Below, piece by piece: positions 46,079 through 60,736 of a stretch of DNA of 64,000 nt; within the stretch, counting starts at the first letter, position 1; each line of letters opens with the position of its first letter. The DNA lies in the NCBI GenBank assembly GCA_910586565.1, contig CAJUIT010000012.1, forward strand, positions 7,768-71,767. The letters are read 5' to 3'. The notes under the pieces are model-generated. The model saw only the letters and a program-made list of their open reading frames with translations, had not been told where the DNA came from and searched no databases. This DNA comes from an uncultured Muribaculaceae bacterium (GTDB lineage: Bacteria; Bacteroidota; Bacteroidia; Bacteroidales; Muribaculaceae). The position numbers and the translations under genes were made by a program.

Positions 46079-47404
46079 TTATTTTCCTTGCAGAAACAGG
46101 TGGTCGGTGAGTGCGTTGAGAGCCCTCACCTTATCCTCTTTCTTCACGAGGAATGAGATGTTGTAGTTGGAACCGCCGTAGGAAATCATGCGCACGGGCA
46201 CATCACGCAATGCGTCGATGGCACGGGCCTCGAAACCGCGGTTGTGCCATTCGAGGTCACCTACCACACAGATTATCACCATGTCGTAGTCAACGGCCAC
46301 GGTGCCGAATTCCTTCAGCTCGTCAATGATATGTTCAAGCTTCAGGGGGTCGTCGATAGTTACCGAAATCCCCACCTCCGATGTTGCAATCATGTCGATG
46401 GGGCGGTTGTAGTTGTCGAAAATCTCAAACACACGGTGAATGAATCCCGAGGCGGGAAGCATGCGCGACGACTTAATCTTTATTGCAATCACGCCGTCCT
46501 TGGCAGCCACGGCTTTTATCGACCGCGAGTGCACGGTGTTGTAAATCAGCGTGCCGCGTGCTTCGGGCTCCATTGTGTTGAGCACTCTGATGGGGATGTT
46601 GTTCACCTTTGCCGGCATCACGCAGGTGGGGTGCAGAATCTTCGCCCCGAAATAGGCCAGCTCAGCCGCCTCGTTGAAATGCAGCTCATGCACCGGCTCG
46701 GTTTTCTCAACATAACGGGGGTCGTTGTTGTGCATGCCGTCGATGTCGGTCCAAATCTCAATCTCCTCGGCATTGATTGCCGCACCGATGAGAGAGGCTG
46801 TGAGGTCGCTGCCGCCGCGCAGCAGGTTGTCGGTCTCTCCGCGATGGTTGCGGCAGATGAATCCCTGGGTGACGAACAGGTCGGCATCGCCATGCTGCTC
46901 AAGCATGGGGGTGAGCTTGAGGGTGATGTAGTCAACATCGGCCTCGCCGTTATGGTCGGTGCGCATGAATTCGAGCGCCGGGAGCCACACCGAATTATAG
47001 CCCTGCTCATGGAGATAGATATCCATGAGGTTTGTCGACATCAGTTCACCCTGGGCAAGGATTGCCTTCTCCTCAACCTGTGAGAATTCACCCTCGTGGG
47101 TAAATGAACGTATATGGCTGAAAATGGAGCCTATGCACTCGCGGGCACGGCTGCGCGAGCTGTCGGAGGCCAGCAGCTCGTCAATCACATCGAAATATTT
47201 TTTCTCAAGGCTATTGATTGTCTCCTTGGCTCCGTTCACATTGTGCTTGTAGAGATAATCGGCGATTTCAACCAAAGTGTTGGTGGTGCCCGACATTGCC
47301 GAGAGCACAATGATGTTGGCTCCGCGGTCGGTTATCAGTTTGGCCACCTCCTTGATGCGCGCAGCGCTTCCAACCGAGGTGCCTCCGAATTTCAAAACTT
47401 TCAT
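46079..47404 (-). CDS. lysC: Aspartate kinase
   Basis: 441 aa. MKVLKFGGTSVG start, amino-acid kinase fold, tandem C-terminal ACT domains. Confidence 0.9.
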   Translation of the reverse strand: MKVLKFGGTSVGSAARIKEVAKLITDRGANIIVLSAMSGTTNTLVEIADYLYKHNVNGAKETINSLEKKYFDVIDELLASDSSRSRARECIGSIFSHIRSFTHEGEFSQVEEKAILAQGELMSTNLMDIYLHEQGYNSVWLPALEFMRTDHNGEADVDYITLKLTPMLEQHGDADLFVTQGFICRNHRGETDNLLRGGSDLTASLIGAAINAEEIEIWTDIDGMHNNDPRYVEKTEPVHELHFNEAAELAYFGAKILHPTCVMPAKVNNIPIRVLNTMEPEARGTLIYNTVHSRSIKAVAAKDGVIAIKIKSSRMLPASGFIHRVFEIFDNYNRPIDMIATSEVGISVTIDDPLKLEHIIDELKEFGTVAVDYDMVIICVVGDLEWHNRGFEARAIDALRDVPVRMISYGGSNYNISFLVKKEDKVRALNALTDHLFLQGK

Positions 47405-47505
47405 TTTGCGGTGAAAAAATGTGGAATAATGCGTTGGTGATGATTGGAGAGAACTGAGGGATTGTGTGAACGCCGCCGTGCAGGAGCCGCCGTAGAGCGA
47501 GAGCG

Positions 47506-48201
47506 TTACCGGAGGTCGTCGGGCAGTTCCGCGCCGTAGTCAACAAGCTGCTTGTCGGCACACTGCATCACACGGGCGGGATATTGCTCAACGAGCTGCA
47601 GGTTGTGGGTGGCCATTATCACGGCTGTGCCCTGCTCGGAGATTTCGCGCAGATGCTTCACAATGCGGTCGCCGGTGGCGGGGTCGAGATTGCCGGTGGG
47701 CTCGTCGGCCAGAATGAGTTTGGGTTTGTTGAGAAGCGCGCGGGCAATGACGATGCGCTGCTGCTCACCACCCGAGAGCTCGTGGGGCATCTTGTAGGAT
47801 TTTGTGGCCATACCCACATGACGCAACACCTCGTCGATGCGCTCATCCTTTGCGTCGCGGTCTTTCCAGCCGGTGGCATCGAGCACAAATTTGAGGTTCT
47901 CATACACATTGCGGTCGGTGAGCAGCTGGAAATCCTGAAACACAATGCCTATCTCGCGACGCAACATTGGAATATCCTTGCGGCGGATACCCACAAGGTC
48001 CACATCCATCACACGGGCCTCACCCGATGTTACAGGAATCTCGGCATACATTGTTTTGAGCAGACTCGATTTGCCGCTTCCCACCTTTCCGATAAGGTAG
48101 ACGAACTCACCTTCCGAAAGGGTGAAATCAACGTGCTTGAGCACCACAAGTTCCTTGCGGAGAATCTCAACGTCGCGATATTGAACTATATTCATTGCCA
48201 T
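47506..48201 (-). CDS. ftsE: ABC transporter ATP-binding protein, FtsE-like
   Basis: Trimmed to MAMNIVQY. Walker A GKVGSGKSS, signature LSGGEQQR, Walker B ILADEPTGNLD. Confidence 0.8.
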   Translation of the reverse strand: MAMNIVQYRDVEILRKELVVLKHVDFTLSEGEFVYLIGKVGSGKSSLLKTMYAEIPVTSGEARVMDVDLVGIRRKDIPMLRREIGIVFQDFQLLTDRNVYENLKFVLDATGWKDRDAKDERIDEVLRHVGMATKSYKMPHELSGGEQQRIVIARALLNKPKLILADEPTGNLDPATGDRIVKHLREISEQGTAVIMATHNLQLVEQYPARVMQCADKQLVDYGAELPDDLR

Positions 48202-48492
48202 GAATTTGTGCTGTTTCCTGCGGCCGCTCCACCTTTCGCTGCCGGCAAGCGGGCTTACCATGCATGATGCGGTTGATTCTACAGGCCTACGGGCAGGTTG
48301 TTCCAAATAATTTCAATAAGGGCCGTTTATGTTCACAGCCACTTATTATTAAACATGCAAAGTTAACCAATGCTTCCCAACAGAGGGGGCGAGGTGCCGC
48401 AGTTAACAAAATTTTAACAATATCAGCCCCTTCCCCACCCCGTTTTTGCATAAAATTTGCACCTTTGGGTTGATTTATAAGATTTTTCCCAC

Positions 48493-48500
48493 TAATTTTG
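48493..48500 (+). promoter_or_regulatory. -7 promoter box TAATTTTG upstream of tig
   Basis: TAnnTTTG match 52 nt upstream of the ATG. Confidence 0.45.
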
Positions 48501-48552
48501 CACCTTGAAAATTACGACTAAACTAATAACAACATAAAAAACTGTTCATTTT

Positions 48553-49911
48553 ATGCAAGTTACGCTTGAAAAGACCGGCGACCTTCAGGGCCGCATCAAG
48601 GTTGAAGTAACCCAGAACGATTATCTCGACAAGGTTAACAAAGAACTCAAAGAAATAGGCCGCACACGCGCTATCCCCGGCTTCCGCAAGGGCCATGTAA
48701 GCACCGAGCAGCTCCGTCGCCGCTTCGGCAAGGATGTTAAAAGCCACGTTCTCAACGAAGAAGTTTACCGCGCTGTGATTGAATACATCCGCGAGAACAA
48801 ACTCGACGTGCTGGGCGAACCCCTCCCCGTTGAAGTTAAGGAAATCAATCTCGACGACCAGGACTACACCTTCGAATATGAAGTTGGTCTGGCTCCCGCC
48901 ATCGACGTGAAACTCGACAAGGATGTGACCGTTCCCTTCTACACCATCGCCGTTTCCGACGAAATGGTGAAAGATCAGGACACCGCTCTGTGCGAACGCT
49001 TCGGCGCTCAGGTGCCCGGCGAGGAGGTTGACGCCAAGGCTCTCGTCAAGGGCGCAATCATGCAGCTCAACGAGGACGGTACCGTCAACACTGCCGAAGA
49101 TGCCATTCAGGTTGTCGACGGCATTGTCGCTCCCATGTACTTCACCGACAAGGACCAGGCTGCCCTCTTCCTCGGCAAGAAAGTTGGCGACAAGGTTGTG
49201 TTCAACCCCTCGAAAACCTGCAACGGCAACGCCGCTGAAATGGCTTCGATGCTCCACATCGACAAGGAGAAAACCGCTGCCGTTACCGGCGACTTCGAAA
49301 TGGCTATCTCTGAAATCATCGTGCTCAAGCCTGCCGAACATGGCGAGGAATTCTACAAGGAAGTGTTCCCCGGCAACCAGGTGACCACCGAAGAGGAATA
49401 TTTCGAAGGCCTCCGCAAAATGATTGCATCGCAGCTCGCCCCCAACAGCGAACACATGTTCAACCGCGACGCTCAGAAAACAATCATGGATAAATTCGGT
49501 AACTTCGAGCTCCCCGCCGAATTCCTGAAAAAATGGCTCGTTGCCCGCAACGAAGAACTCACCCCCGAAAACGTTGGTGAGGAATATGAAAAGATGGTTC
49601 CCTCAATCAAATGGGAACTTCTCCGCGGCAAGCTCGCCGAGAACCTCGACATCAAGGTTACCGAGGACGACATGCTCCAGTTCGCCAAGGCTATCGCCAT
49701 GCAGCAGTTCGCCCAGTATGGCATGCTCAACATGGACGACGAAACCATCACCAACTATGCCCGTCGCATCCTCGAGGATAAGAACTATGCATCACGCATG
49801 CGCGAGGACGTTGGCAACGGCAAACTCTTCAACGCAATCAAGGCTCTTGTGAACCTCGACTCCAAGGAAGTTTCACTCGACGAGTTCAAAAAGCTCGCTC
49901 AGGCTGAATAA
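48553..49911 (+). CDS. tig: Trigger factor
   Basis: 452 aa. N-terminal ribosome-binding domain with GFRKGHV motif. Conserved position upstream of clpP-clpX. Confidence 0.9.
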   Translation: MQVTLEKTGDLQGRIKVEVTQNDYLDKVNKELKEIGRTRAIPGFRKGHVSTEQLRRRFGKDVKSHVLNEEVYRAVIEYIRENKLDVLGEPLPVEVKEINLDDQDYTFEYEVGLAPAIDVKLDKDVTVPFYTIAVSDEMVKDQDTALCERFGAQVPGEEVDAKALVKGAIMQLNEDGTVNTAEDAIQVVDGIVAPMYFTDKDQAALFLGKKVGDKVVFNPSKTCNGNAAEMASMLHIDKEKTAAVTGDFEMAISEIIVLKPAEHGEEFYKEVFPGNQVTTEEEYFEGLRKMIASQLAPNSEHMFNRDAQKTIMDKFGNFELPAEFLKKWLVARNEELTPENVGEEYEKMVPSIKWELLRGKLAENLDIKVTEDDMLQFAKAIAMQQFAQYGMLNMDDETITNYARRILEDKNYASRMREDVGNGKLFNAIKALVNLDSKEVSLDEFKKLAQAE

Positions 49912-49944
49912 TAACCTACAGGTTACATAAACCCCACAAACCAC

Positions 49945-49982
49945 GGCGGTGTGTCAAAATGCAGCGATTTTGACACACCGCC
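49945..49982. terminator. 16-bp-stem hairpin terminator after tig
   Basis: GGCGGTGTGTCAAAAT-GCAGCG-ATTTTGACACACCGCC followed by TTGATTTA. Confidence 0.7.
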
Positions 49983-50001
49983 TTGATTTAATCAGGATGG
50001 A

Positions 50002-50129
50002 GAGGGTGCTGTCAGAATGGTTTGGATGGTAGGAGCTTGTGGGTGAGGCCGATGAGAGCGTACTGTAGTACGTGACCGAGGCCGAATCCAGCAAGCGACG
50101 CCCCAGATGAGCCATTATGACACACCCTC
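50002..50129 (-). repeat. 128-bp intergenic element with terminal inverted repeats (copy 2, inverted)
   Basis: The reverse complement aligns end to end with 37793-37920. Confidence 0.8.
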
Positions 50130-50311
50130 GTGCAGTTTTGCAGCAAATCCGTCGGGGAGAGCCTGCAGCATCGCCTCAAGCCTGATAGCAGCCGGCGTGG
50201 CACACCCGTGCTCAAAACATGAAACGAAACTCATTGTCGGCTCTTCACAAACTCTTTCCCGAGGAAGCAAAAAAATCTGCAATGTTTGCTTCATGTCACA
50301 AAAAATTTTAC

Positions 50312-50319
50312 TATCTTTG
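50312..50319 (+). promoter_or_regulatory. -7 promoter box TATCTTTG upstream of clpP
   Basis: TAnnTTTG match. Followed by a 5-prime-UTR hairpin GTTTGCCGC-N8-GCGGCAAAC. Confidence 0.45.
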
Positions 50320-50410
50320 AATTAAGTTTGCCGCGACATCAAGCGGCAAACCGAAGCAGCCCCGCGACCTCGGGCCTGCACAAAACAACATGCATAATCA
50401 CAACAACACA

Positions 50411-51142
50411 ATGAATAATCTCAAAAACGATTTTCGCAACTATGCGGTGAAGCACCTCGGCATGAACGGCCTCGCTCTCGACCAGTTCACCTCCGCCACC
50501 GACAACGCCATCCGTTCGAGCTACATCTCCCCCACCATCATTGAGGAACGTCAGCTCAACGTGGCCCAGATGGATGTGTTCTCCCGCCTGATGATGGACC
50601 GCATCATCTTCCTCGGCACCGACGTGAACGACTACACCGCCAACGTCATCCAGGCCCAGCTTCTCTATCTCGACTCGGCCGACCCCGGCAAAGATGTGTC
50701 AATCTACATCAACTCCCCCGGCGGCTCGGTCTACGCCGGCCTCGGCATCTACGACACCATGCAATACATCAGCAGCGACGTTGCAACCATCTGCACCGGC
50801 ATGGCTGCCTCGATGGCTGCAGTGCTCCTCGTTGCCGGCACCACCGGAAAGCGTTTCGCCCTCAACCACTCGCGCGTGATGATTCACCAGCCGATGGGCG
50901 GCGCTCAGGGGCAGGCTTCCGATATTGAAATCACAGCCCGCGAAATCCAGAAGCTGAAGAAGGAGCTCTACCACATCATCGCCGAACATTCGGGTCAACC
51001 CTTCGAAAAAGTTGAGCGCGACTCCGACCGCGACTATTGGATGACCGCCCCCGAGGCTCTCGACTACGGCATGATCGACAAGGTGCTTGCCAAACGTCCC
51101 GCACCTTTCACCACCGACAGCACTCCCCTCCGTCAGGACTAA
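50411..51142 (+). CDS. clpP: ATP-dependent Clp protease proteolytic subunit
   Basis: Trimmed to [12 protein letters not shown] by analogy with Bacteroidales ClpP N-termini. Catalytic contexts [12 protein letters not shown] and VMIHQP. Confidence 0.9.
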   Translation: MNNLKNDFRNYAVKHLGMNGLALDQFTSATDNAIRSSYISPTIIEERQLNVAQMDVFSRLMMDRIIFLGTDVNDYTANVIQAQLLYLDSADPGKDVSIYINSPGGSVYAGLGIYDTMQYISSDVATICTGMAASMAAVLLVAGTTGKRFALNHSRVMIHQPMGGAQGQASDIEITAREIQKLKKELYHIIAEHSGQPFEKVERDSDRDYWMTAPEALDYGMIDKVLAKRPAPFTTDSTPLRQD

Positions 51143-51266
51143 CACCAACCACAACCACGAATGCGACGTTGCCGGATGAGGCGGAGGAACCACCCTCACA
51201 AAGCCGGCCAAAGGCTCTCAACCGCCTGCTCACGGCTTCATCCGTCAACACGCCCAAATAAAAACA

Positions 51267-52532
51267 ATGGCAAAGAAAAAAGCTGATTGCTGTTCATTCT
51301 GCGGCCGCCCCGGCAACCAGTCGGAGGTGCTGATACCCTCGGGTATCAACCCCGACATATACCTCTGTGCCGAATGCGCCGACTCAATCCACGAAATCCT
51401 CCAGGATTTCCGCGGCATCGAGCCCGGCAAAAAGAAAGGGGCAAAGGGGGGCGACACTCCCGATTTGGCAAAGATTCCCAAACCCAAGGAAATCTGCCAA
51501 TACCTCGACCAATATGTTATCGGGCAGGATAGCGCCAAGCGCTACCTCTCGGTTGCAGTCTACAACCACTACAAGCGCCTTGCCCAGCCCGAAGGCGACG
51601 ATGTTGACATTGAAAAGAGCAACATCGTGCTCGTGGGCCCCACAGGCACCGGCAAAACCCTCCTGGCCAAAACCATCGCGCGCATGCTCGATGTGCCCTT
51701 CACCATCGTCGACGCCACAGTGCTCACACAGGCCGGATATGTGGGCGAGGATATCGAAAGCCTCCTCACCCGCCTGCTTCAGGTAGCCGACTACGATGTG
51801 GCAAAAGCCGAGCGCGGCATTGTGTTCATCGACGAAATCGACAAAATTGCCCGCAAGGGCGACAACCCCTCGATAACACGCGACGTGAGCGGCGAAGGTG
51901 TGCAGCAAGGCTTGCTCAAGCTCCTCGAAGGGTCGGTGGTTAATGTGCCCCCACAAGGCGGACGCAAACACCCCGAGCAGCGCATGATTCCCGTCGACAC
52001 CAAGAACATCCTCTTCATCTGCGGCGGAGCATTCGACGGCATCGAACGCAAAATAGCCCAGCGACTCAACACCCATGTGGTGGGCTACGCCACCGATGCA
52101 ACCCGTCAGCGCATCAACAGCGACAACTATCTCAGCTTCGTGGCGCCTCAGGACTTGAAATCGTTCGGCCTGATTCCCGAAATCATCGGCCGTCTGCCAA
52201 TCCTCACCCACCTCAACCCGCTCGACCGCGATGCCCTGCGCCGCGTGTTGACCGAGCCCAAGAACGCCATCACCCGCCAGTATGAAAAACTGTTCGCGAT
52301 GGACGGCGTGAAGCTCACATTCGAACCGGCCGCGCTCGACATGATTGTGAACAAAGCCATCGAATACAAGCTCGGAGCCCGCGGATTGCGTGCAATCGTG
52401 GAAACGGTGATGATCGACTCCATGTTCGAGCTCCCCTCGGCCGATGCCAAGGAATTCACCGTAACGGCCGACTATGTGCTCGCCAAGCTCCGCCAATCGC
52501 ACTACGAACTCAACAAAACCGACGCGGAATAA
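51267..52532 (+). CDS. clpX: ATP-dependent Clp protease ATP-binding subunit ClpX
   Basis: 421 aa. N-terminal C4 zinc finger (CSFCG...CAEC), Walker A GPTGTGKT, Walker [10 protein letters not shown]. Confidence 0.95.
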   Translation: MAKKKADCCSFCGRPGNQSEVLIPSGINPDIYLCAECADSIHEILQDFRGIEPGKKKGAKGGDTPDLAKIPKPKEICQYLDQYVIGQDSAKRYLSVAVYNHYKRLAQPEGDDVDIEKSNIVLVGPTGTGKTLLAKTIARMLDVPFTIVDATVLTQAGYVGEDIESLLTRLLQVADYDVAKAERGIVFIDEIDKIARKGDNPSITRDVSGEGVQQGLLKLLEGSVVNVPPQGGRKHPEQRMIPVDTKNILFICGGAFDGIERKIAQRLNTHVVGYATDATRQRINSDNYLSFVAPQDLKSFGLIPEIIGRLPILTHLNPLDRDALRRVLTEPKNAITRQYEKLFAMDGVKLTFEPAALDMIVNKAIEYKLGARGLRAIVETVMIDSMFELPSADAKEFTVTADYVLAKLRQSHYELNKTDAE

Positions 52533-52609
52533 CCCCTCGCCACGGTTCTCTCTCCGCCCCCATCGGGGAAAATCTCTCCAATTTAAAAGTTAACCTCTCT
52601 TACCACACC

Positions 52610-56490
<3,881 letters not shown>

Positions 56491-56496
56491 ACGTTT

Positions 56497-56532
56497 GCGG
56501 AGACATCCCTGCGGGGTGTCTCTGCGTTTTTT
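56497..56532 (+). terminator. Rho-independent terminator
   Basis: GCGGAGACATCCC-TGC-GGGGTGTCTCTGC followed by GTTTTTT. Confidence 0.8.
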
Positions 56533-56567
56533 AACACCCGTTCCGACATAACACAAACCAATCACCA

Positions 56568-56861
56568 ATGGTAAAACATATCGTAACATTCAAGCTTTCG
56601 GGCACACCCGAAGAGCGCCTCAAGGTAGCATCGCAATTCCGCGACGCCCTCCTCGCCCTCCCCTCGCAAATCGACGTGCTTGAGTCGATGGAGGTCGGCA
56701 TCAACGAAAATCCCGCCGAAGATTGGGACGTTGTGCTCACCGCAGTGGTGCCCGCTATGGCCGACGTTGCAACCTACGCCAACCATCCAGCCCACGTGGC
56801 GGCAGCCTCGCTGCTCGCCGGCCACAAGGAAGCGCGCGCATGCGTTGACTACGAATTCTGA
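56568..56861 (+). CDS. Dabb (stress-responsive alpha/beta barrel) family protein
   Basis: 97 aa. MVKHIVTFKL start and YANHPAH motif. Confidence 0.75.
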   Translation: MVKHIVTFKLSGTPEERLKVASQFRDALLALPSQIDVLESMEVGINENPAEDWDVVLTAVVPAMADVATYANHPAHVAAASLLAGHKEARACVDYEF

Positions 56862-56902
56862 AAACACCTGTCTCACCCACCAATATCCCCCAAACCGACC
56901 CA

Positions 56903-59900
56903 ATGGTTCAATTCTTCAAAAAAGGAACTTCAACAATCTTTGCCGTTGAAACCGACCATCGCCTCGACCAGAGCGAGAAAGAGAAATTAATGTGGGCGTT
57001 TTCCGACGCAAAACCCCTCAGTGCCACTTCGCTTAAAGGCCGCTTCATCGGTCCGCGACGCGAAATGATTACCCCCTGGAGCACCAACGCCGTGGAAATC
57101 ACCCAGAACATGGGTCTCAAGGGGATAAGCCGCATCGAGTGCTTCGAGCGTGTGCCCGAGGGTGTGGAACCCGTCTACGACCGCATGCTCTCGCGCCTTT
57201 ACGACGGGCTCAACAGCCGCGTGTTCAAAATCGACCGCAAGCCCGACCCCATCGTGAAGATTTCCGACATCCACGACTACAACCGTGCCGAGGGTCTGGC
57301 ACTCAGCTCCGACGAGGAAGCCTACCTCGACGGTCTGGCAAAAAAACTGGGCCGCCCCCTCACCGACTCCGAGGTGTTCGGCTTCTCTCAGGTGAACTCC
57401 GAGCACTGCCGCCACAAAATTTTCAACGGCACCTTCATCATCGACGGTGAGGAGAAACCCCTCTCGCTCTTCAAACTCATCAAGCGCACATCGCAGGAAA
57501 ATCCCAACGGACTCGTTTCGGCCTATAAGGATAACGTTGCATTCGTCAACGGCCCCACAGTCGACCAATTCTATCCCGTCAACCCCGACCGTCCCGACTA
57601 TTTTGAAGTCAAGGACCTCGACACCGTGATTTCGCTCAAAGCCGAAACCCACAACTTCCCCACAACCGTCGAGCCATTCAACGGGGCTGCCACCGGCACC
57701 GGCGGTGAAATCCGCGACCGCCTCGGCGGCGGCCGTGCATCGCTCCCCATCGCGGGCACAGCCGTCTACATGACCTCCTACCCCCGCCTGAGCGAAGCTC
57801 ATCGCTGGGAACTGATGATGAACCCGCGCGTGTGGCTCTACCAGACACCCGCCGAAATTCTCATCAAGGCCTCGAACGGTGCCTCCGATTTCGGCAACAA
57901 GTTCGGCCAGCCACTCATCTGCGGTTCGCTGCTCACCTTCGAGCACGACGAAAACGGCCGCATGTATGCCTACGACAAAGTAATCATGCTTGCCGGCGGC
58001 GTTGGCTATGCAGCCCGCAAAGATGCCCTCAAGGGTGAACCCGTTCCGGGTGAGAAAGTTGTTGTCATGGGTGGCGACAACTACCGCATCGGTATGGGTG
58101 GCGGAGCGGTTTCGTCGGTCGAGACCGGCCAATATGCCAACGCAATCGAGCTCAACGCCGTGCAGCGCGCCAACCCCGAGATGCAGAAACGTGTTGCCAA
58201 CGTTATCCGCGCCCTCGCCGAAGGCGACAGCAACCCCGTTGTGTCTATTCACGACCACGGTGCCGGCGGCCACCTCAATGCCCTCTCCGAGCTCGTTGAG
58301 ACCACCGGCGGACGCATCGACCTCGATGCCCTCCCCGTTGGCGACCCCACACTTTCGGCAAAGGAAATCGTGGGCAACGAGAGCCAGGAACGCATGGGCT
58401 TCGTTATCGATGCAAAGGATATCCCGTTTGTTGAACGTGTGGCACAGCGCGAACGTGCACCTATGTATGTTGTGGGTGAAACCACCGGCGACAACCGTTT
58501 CGTGTTTGAGGATGCGAAAGGACGCAAGCCTATCGACCTCGAGATGGCCGACATGTTCGGCAACTCCCCCAAAACCGTGATGCGCGACAACACGGTTGAG
58601 ACAACCTACAAGGAACCCGTCTACACCCCCGACAATCTCAGCCAATACGTGCGCGACGTGCTTTCACTCGAAGCCGTTGCCTGCAAGGACTGGCTCACAA
58701 ATAAAGTCGACCGCTCGGTGACAGGCCGTGTTGCCCGCCAGCAGTGCCAGGGCGAGATTCAGCTCCCGCTTAGCGACTGCGGCGTTGTTGCCCTCGACTA
58801 CACCGGCCGCTCGGGCATCGCAACCTCCATCGGCCACGCACCTCAGGTGGCGCTCGCCGATTCGGCCAAAGGCTCGGTAATAGCCGTTGCCGAAGCCCTC
58901 ACCAACATTGTTGGTGCCCCTCTCAAAGATGGCCTCAAGAGCGTTTCGCTCAGCGCCAACTGGATGTGGCCCTGCAAGAATCCCGGTGAGGATGCCGCTC
59001 TCTACAAGGCTGTTGAGGCTTGCAGCGACTTCACCTGCGCCCTCGGCATCAACATCCCCACCGGCAAGGACTCACTTTCGATGACCCAGAAGTATGGCGA
59101 CGACAAAGTGTTCGCCCCCGGCACCGTAATCATTTCGGCTGCGGGTGAAACATCCGACGTTCGCCGCACAGTGAGCCCCGTTCTGCAAAAGAAGAAAAAC
59201 TCCGAGCTCTACTACGTTGATTTCTCGGCCGACGCCCTGCGCCTCGGCGGCTCGGCACTTGCCCAGACCCTCAACGCCATCGGCTCCGACGCTCCCACGG
59301 TGAAAGATGCCGATTACTTCAAGCGCGCATTCGCAGCTGTTCAGAGCCTCGTGAAAAACAACCGCCTCCTGGCCATGCACGACGTTTCGGCCGGAGGTCT
59401 GGTGACAACTCTCCTCGAAATGGTGTTTGCCAACACCGACGGCGGCCTCAGCATCACCACCGAAGGCTTTGTAGCCGACGGCGAGACCGACCTCGTTAAG
59501 ATTCTGTTTGCCGAGAACCCCGCTGTTGTAATCCAGGTTGACGACGCCAAACGCCCCGTTGTGGAAAAAACTCTTGCCGACGCAGGTGTGAAATTCCACA
59601 TCCTCGGCCGTCCCGCCGAAGAGCGCGTGCTGCTCCTCGAGCATGAAGGTGCCGAACGCCTCATGGGCATCGACCACCTGCGCGATGCTTGGTTCGAGCC
59701 CTCCTATCTGCTCGACCGCATTCAGAGCGGTGCCGACTGCGCCGCACAGCGTTTCGAAAACTACCGCAAACAGCCCCTGCGCTATGCCATCCCCGCATCG
59801 TTCAACGGCTCGCTTGCTTCGCGCGGCCTCAGCTTCCGCCACGAAGTGGGAAAAGGCGCGCCCCGCGCTGCCATCATCCGCGAGAAGGGTGTGAACGGCG

Positions 59901-60634
59901 ACCGTGAGATGGCCTATTCGCTCTATCTCGCAGGCTTCGACGTGAAGGATGTGCACATGACCGACCTCATGAGCGGCCGCGAGACCCTCGATGATGTGAA
60001 CATGATTGTGTTCTGCGGCGGTTTCTCCAACAGCGACGTGCTCGGCTCGGCCAAAGGTTGGGCAAGCGGATTCCGTTGGAACGAAACAGCCAAGGAAACC
60101 CTCCGCCGCTTCTACCGCCGCAACGACACGCTGAGCCTCGGCATCTGCAACGGTTGCCAGCTCATGGTTGAACTCGGCCTGCTCAACGAGGGTGGAATTG
60201 ATGCCGAAGTGCCCGCAGCCAAACGTGTGCGCATGGAGCACAACATCTCCCACAAGTTCGAATCGCAGTTCGTGGGTCTCACCATCCCGGCCAACAACAG
60301 CGTTATGCTCGGTTCACTCGCCGGCATGAAGCTCGGCATCTGGGTGGCTCACGGCGAGGGACGTTTCATGCTCCCCGGTAGCCTGAAAGACTATAACATC
60401 GCGGCTAAATACAACTACACTGCCTACCCGGCCAACCCCAACGGCTCTCGTGGCGCGGTTGCGGCACTCGCATCGGCCGACGGCCGTCACCTCGCGATGA
60501 TGCCCCACCTGGAGCGTGCAATCTTCCCCTGGCAGTGCGGCTTCTACCCCGCCAACCGCCGCAAGGAGGATGTCACCCCCTGGCTCGACGCCTTCATCAA
60601 CGCCCGCCGCTGGGTGGAAGAGCACACCGCATAA
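56903..60634 (+). CDS. purL: Phosphoribosylformylglycinamidine synthase, single-chain large form
   Basis: 1243 aa. FGAM synthase N-domain, duplicated AIR-synthase-like domains, C-terminal glutaminase (GICNGCQ, HGEG). Confidence 0.95.
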   Translation: MVQFFKKGTSTIFAVETDHRLDQSEKEKLMWAFSDAKPLSATSLKGRFIGPRREMITPWSTNAVEITQNMGLKGISRIECFERVPEGVEPVYDRMLSRLYDGLNSRVFKIDRKPDPIVKISDIHDYNRAEGLALSSDEEAYLDGLAKKLGRPLTDSEVFGFSQVNSEHCRHKIFNGTFIIDGEEKPLSLFKLIKRTSQENPNGLVSAYKDNVAFVNGPTVDQFYPVNPDRPDYFEVKDLDTVISLKAETHNFPTTVEPFNGAATGTGGEIRDRLGGGRASLPIAGTAVYMTSYPRLSEAHRWELMMNPRVWLYQTPAEILIKASNGASDFGNKFGQPLICGSLLTFEHDENGRMYAYDKVIMLAGGVGYAARKDALKGEPVPGEKVVVMGGDNYRIGMGGGAVSSVETGQYANAIELNAVQRANPEMQKRVANVIRALAEGDSNPVVSIHDHGAGGHLNALSELVETTGGRIDLDALPVGDPTLSAKEIVGNESQERMGFVIDAKDIPFVERVAQRERAPMYVVGETTGDNRFVFEDAKGRKPIDLEMADMFGNSPKTVMRDNTVETTYKEPVYTPDNLSQYVRDVLSLEAVACKDWLTNKVDRSVTGRVARQQCQGEIQLPLSDCGVVALDYTGRSGIATSIGHAPQVALADSAKGSVIAVAEALTNIVGAPLKDGLKSVSLSANWMWPCKNPGEDAALYKAVEACSDFTCALGINIPTGKDSLSMTQKYGDDKVFAPGTVIISAAGETSDVRRTVSPVLQKKKNSELYYVDFSADALRLGGSALAQTLNAIGSDAPTVKDADYFKRAFAAVQSLVKNNRLLAMHDVSAGGLVTTLLEMVFANTDGGLSITTEGFVADGETDLVKILFAENPAVVIQVDDAKRPVVEKTLADAGVKFHILGRPAEERVLLLEHEGAERLMGIDHLRDAWFEPSYLLDRIQSGADCAAQRFENYRKQPLRYAIPASFNGSLASRGLSFRHEVGKGAPRAAIIREKGVNGDREMAYSLYLAGFDVKDVHMTDLMSGRETLDDVNMIVFCGGFSNSDVLGSAKGWASGFRWNETAKETLRRFYRRNDTLSLGICNGCQLMVELGLLNEGGIDAEVPAAKRVRMEHNISHKFESQFVGLTIPANNSVMLGSLAGMKLGIWVAHGEGRFMLPGSLKDYNIAAKYNYTAYPANPNGSRGAVAALASADGRHLAMMPHLERAIFPWQCGFYPANRRKEDVTPWLDAFINARRWVEEHTA

Positions 60635-60656
60635 AGCGATAAAAATACCACAACCG

Positions 60657-60695
60657 AACCGGAGCAGCCTCAAACTGTTCCGGTTTGTTTATTTT
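60657..60695 (+). terminator. Rho-independent terminator after purL
   Basis: AACCGGA-N15-TCCGGTT followed by TGTTTATTTT. Confidence 0.6.
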
Positions 60696-60736
60696 AAAAA
60701 TTTCAGTTATTTTTGCCAACAGCTAAAAAACAAATC

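Noticed and set aside
56987-60253. 552-aa and 393-aa minus-strand ORFs inside purL.
   Set aside because: They are antisense to a 1243-aa gene with complete FGAM synthase architecture. Their composition is typical of antisense read-through.
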